Source: Camelus ferus (Eukaryota). From it: a stretch of DNA of 64,000 bases. The notes under the pieces are model-generated. The model worked only from the letters and a program-made list of their open reading frames with translations. It had not been told where the DNA came from and did no database searches. The stretch is from positions 101,062,001 through 101,126,000 of the forward strand of contig NC_045697.1 in assembly GCF_009834535.1 (NCBI RefSeq). The letters run 5' to 3'. Position 1 is the first letter of the stretch, and every line of letters starts with the position of its first letter. Of the stretch, positions 61,561-64,000 are shown one piece after another. The translations under genes and the position numbers were made by a program.

Positions 61561-64000
61561 GGTTAATATGAATATAGTTATACATTGACATAATAATGGA
61601 TTTTATCTATCCAATACACTTACAGTAATTAAATGCTCAAGACATTCTGGGTTGGTTCTGATTTTGTGTAACCTTGTTCTTTCTCAATAAAAGCATTTTA
61701 TTAAATATATATCTGTGATTTTTGGTACCTCTGTTTTCATATAGATAAATACAAAAAAATTTAAAACCCCTTATTAGATTATCTGTTAATTTCAGAAATC
61801 AAAGGTATCATCAATATATTGCCTCTGGGAAACCAGATTGCACATTTATGCTTGTTAATTTCACCTCTGACTAGGCATTTCCAAATGAGAAGCCAAAAAT
61901 TGCAGAAAGCTTTATTTTCTGTCTGCCCGCAGGTGTACCACATGTAAATGGTAAACTCACCCTCTGAGCAGAGATTTATCTGGAGGCTAGTGTTCTTTTA
62001 CTTGGAGAAAAAGTTGGTCCACAGGGAGGCACTGTCTTAACAACTGAGATTTCCCAAGGGGTCATGGAAAGACTTGCTCCTCTGTTCTGTACATCCTTTC
62101 ATCAGAAAAGGAAGCCTGTGAATGCTAATAAAGCTTCTTTTCTTGCAAGTATAAATAAATATTACAGATTGAGCCCAATATAGCCTGATGGAAACATACC
62201 TTCCCCTCTGATGAAAGTTCATTTCTTATACCTGCTACAGACTCTTCACAGGGAAAATAGAAGAGATAAATCCATGCCTCTCAAGGGCACAATAGGCCAG
62301 GGTACAGAGGATAGGGGGCATCTTGAACAGAAAAGTGGGCTTATCCAAACAAGGATTTAGGGAAATAATCATCTAGCTCCAAGTTCCCCCAATAGCACTA
62401 TTCTTACCTTACCATCCCTAAGAGAACCGGCCACTTCCCTAAGGCTGTAAGACTTTTGCTCCCGAGAATGCAATTTTTTCTTTACTTCTCAAATTCTAGA
62501 TGTTGGGTCTGGTTTCTCAGAAATGTTACACATATATCCTTGTTCACTGTACTCCAGAAAATTAGATGCCACTTAACAACTGATGGGCCAATTTGGGTTA
62601 TGTTTCCGGTCCAATAAATGACTGGACTCCTTTACATGGTTTCACAGTTACCACTCCATACCCGTGACTACATCCAGGTTAAATCAATTTACATCCTGCA
62701 TTAAGAGATACATGCAACATTTAAAAAGCCTCATAGCCCCTCTTACTTTGCCAGTATAATACGCTTTCCTATTCTTAGTTTCTTCTGCCTTTCTGTTCTT
62801 TACTCTTCCTTTCTCTCAGGAATTTTAAGACAGCGATTTTCTGAAACCTAGGATGTCAACGTCTATAGTTCAGATCTCCTGAGTGGATTTAGCAGACAAT
62901 ACTGCCTCGTTCCGGGGGCACCGCATTCCATGATAATTCAACTGTCTGTGGGAAAACGGCAGAATACACAGTGTCCTGGAATCGTACTAATATCCACACA
63001 AGTGCACTGCACAAGTAGTCAGGAACACGCTATTCACTTGTGAGGATGTTCTTAAGGCTACTTCTTAGAAAAATGTGGCTCTTTGTCATTGCAGAGCTGA
63101 TGTATGCCCATTAATAATATTCTTCCATGTTTACTCTGTATTCTCTGTAGAATCTTTCAGAGTCTCTAATCCACTGAGTCTACTAGCATTGCTCCTTGCC
63201 TTCTCTGTTCATTTCAGCTCATTTTCAACTGCTAGGGCCTACTTTCTATGATTTTCCTCATTTAGTATTATTTTTCTCATTTGTGTTCTCTTTGGCCATC
63301 TCAGATGTCCTCGCTAACACATGTTTCTCTCATCACTCTGAAGGATGAGGTTATCAAAATCATCACTTATATATTTATAAGACTTGGGACTATTGGGGTC
63401 AGGAATACATCTCTCTTAACAAACAACTGCTTCTCCCTTCAGTTAAGTAACTGCTTTTTAAGTCTTCATAGCAATAAAACAAAAAATGTGTTATTTTCCC
63501 CTTAACAACTATGTGGGAGATTTTAATTTACATATATTTCCCTAAAGAGTGTGTGAAATATTACTCATGTTGGTCTGTGTAGATACCAACATGAGTAATA
63601 TTTGTTGGGAAAATTTTTAAAATGTATAAAAGTTGGTGTGAAAAATGTGATTAGAAAATTTGGACTTTTTTTCTTCTTTTTCTTTTTTCTCCATCCCCCC
63701 CTTTTTTTCTGTTTTCCTTTGTCTTTTAAGACACTGAGTTCAAAATATTAATACTCCAAATTCAAAATCAGAATCTTACTTTTCAAGGAGGATAAGCATA
63801 CCCACATAACTTGAACCAACAGTATTAATTTTTGGTTTCTAGAAAGTTAGAGGGCGGAAAAAGTAACTCAGAGTTTAAGGTTGAATGATAAGAAATCAAT
63901 GCAAGGAATCAGTACACACCCACAGAGACTAATCAATAAACAAATAAACAAGCAAACAAATAAATAAAGCCAAACTAATGAAAAGATTCCTTAGACATAG

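Noticed and set aside
1..64000. A previously undescribed multi-gene or prokaryote-type system
   Set aside because: No gene cluster, horizontally transferred segment, array or unexplained long coding sequence was seen. The content is accounted for by INPP4B exons, introns and ordinary mammalian repeats.

Overview
Mammalian genomic DNA, probably camelid judging by two Vic-1-like tRNA-derived SINEs. The window lies inside the INPP4B gene, transcribed on the minus strand. Only two coding exons are recognisable: 56035-56153 (119 nt, [40 protein letters not shown]) and 53881-53997 (117 nt, [39 protein letters not shown]). Both have canonical AG/GT sites, encode part of the N-terminal C2 region, and are separated by a 2,037-nt intron. 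The rest appears intronic: L1 fragments of several ages, ERVL/MaLR solo LTRs, MER5A-type DNA transposons, MIR and L2 relics, microsatellites and two short tandem duplications. Two young L1 copies are 5'-inverted ('twin-primed') with intact target-site duplications. I found no evidence of a new multi-gene system, and the other ORFs in the track are L1 remnants or noise. The best leads are a circRNA-prone exon pair, an ETS-motif cluster and candidate CTCF site just upstream of the first exon, the mirror-image inverted L1 pair, a SINE with two microhomology-bounded deletions, and a candidate 19-nt cryptic microexon. Gene and repeat names come from recalled sequences, not database searches, and boundaries of old repeats are approximate.
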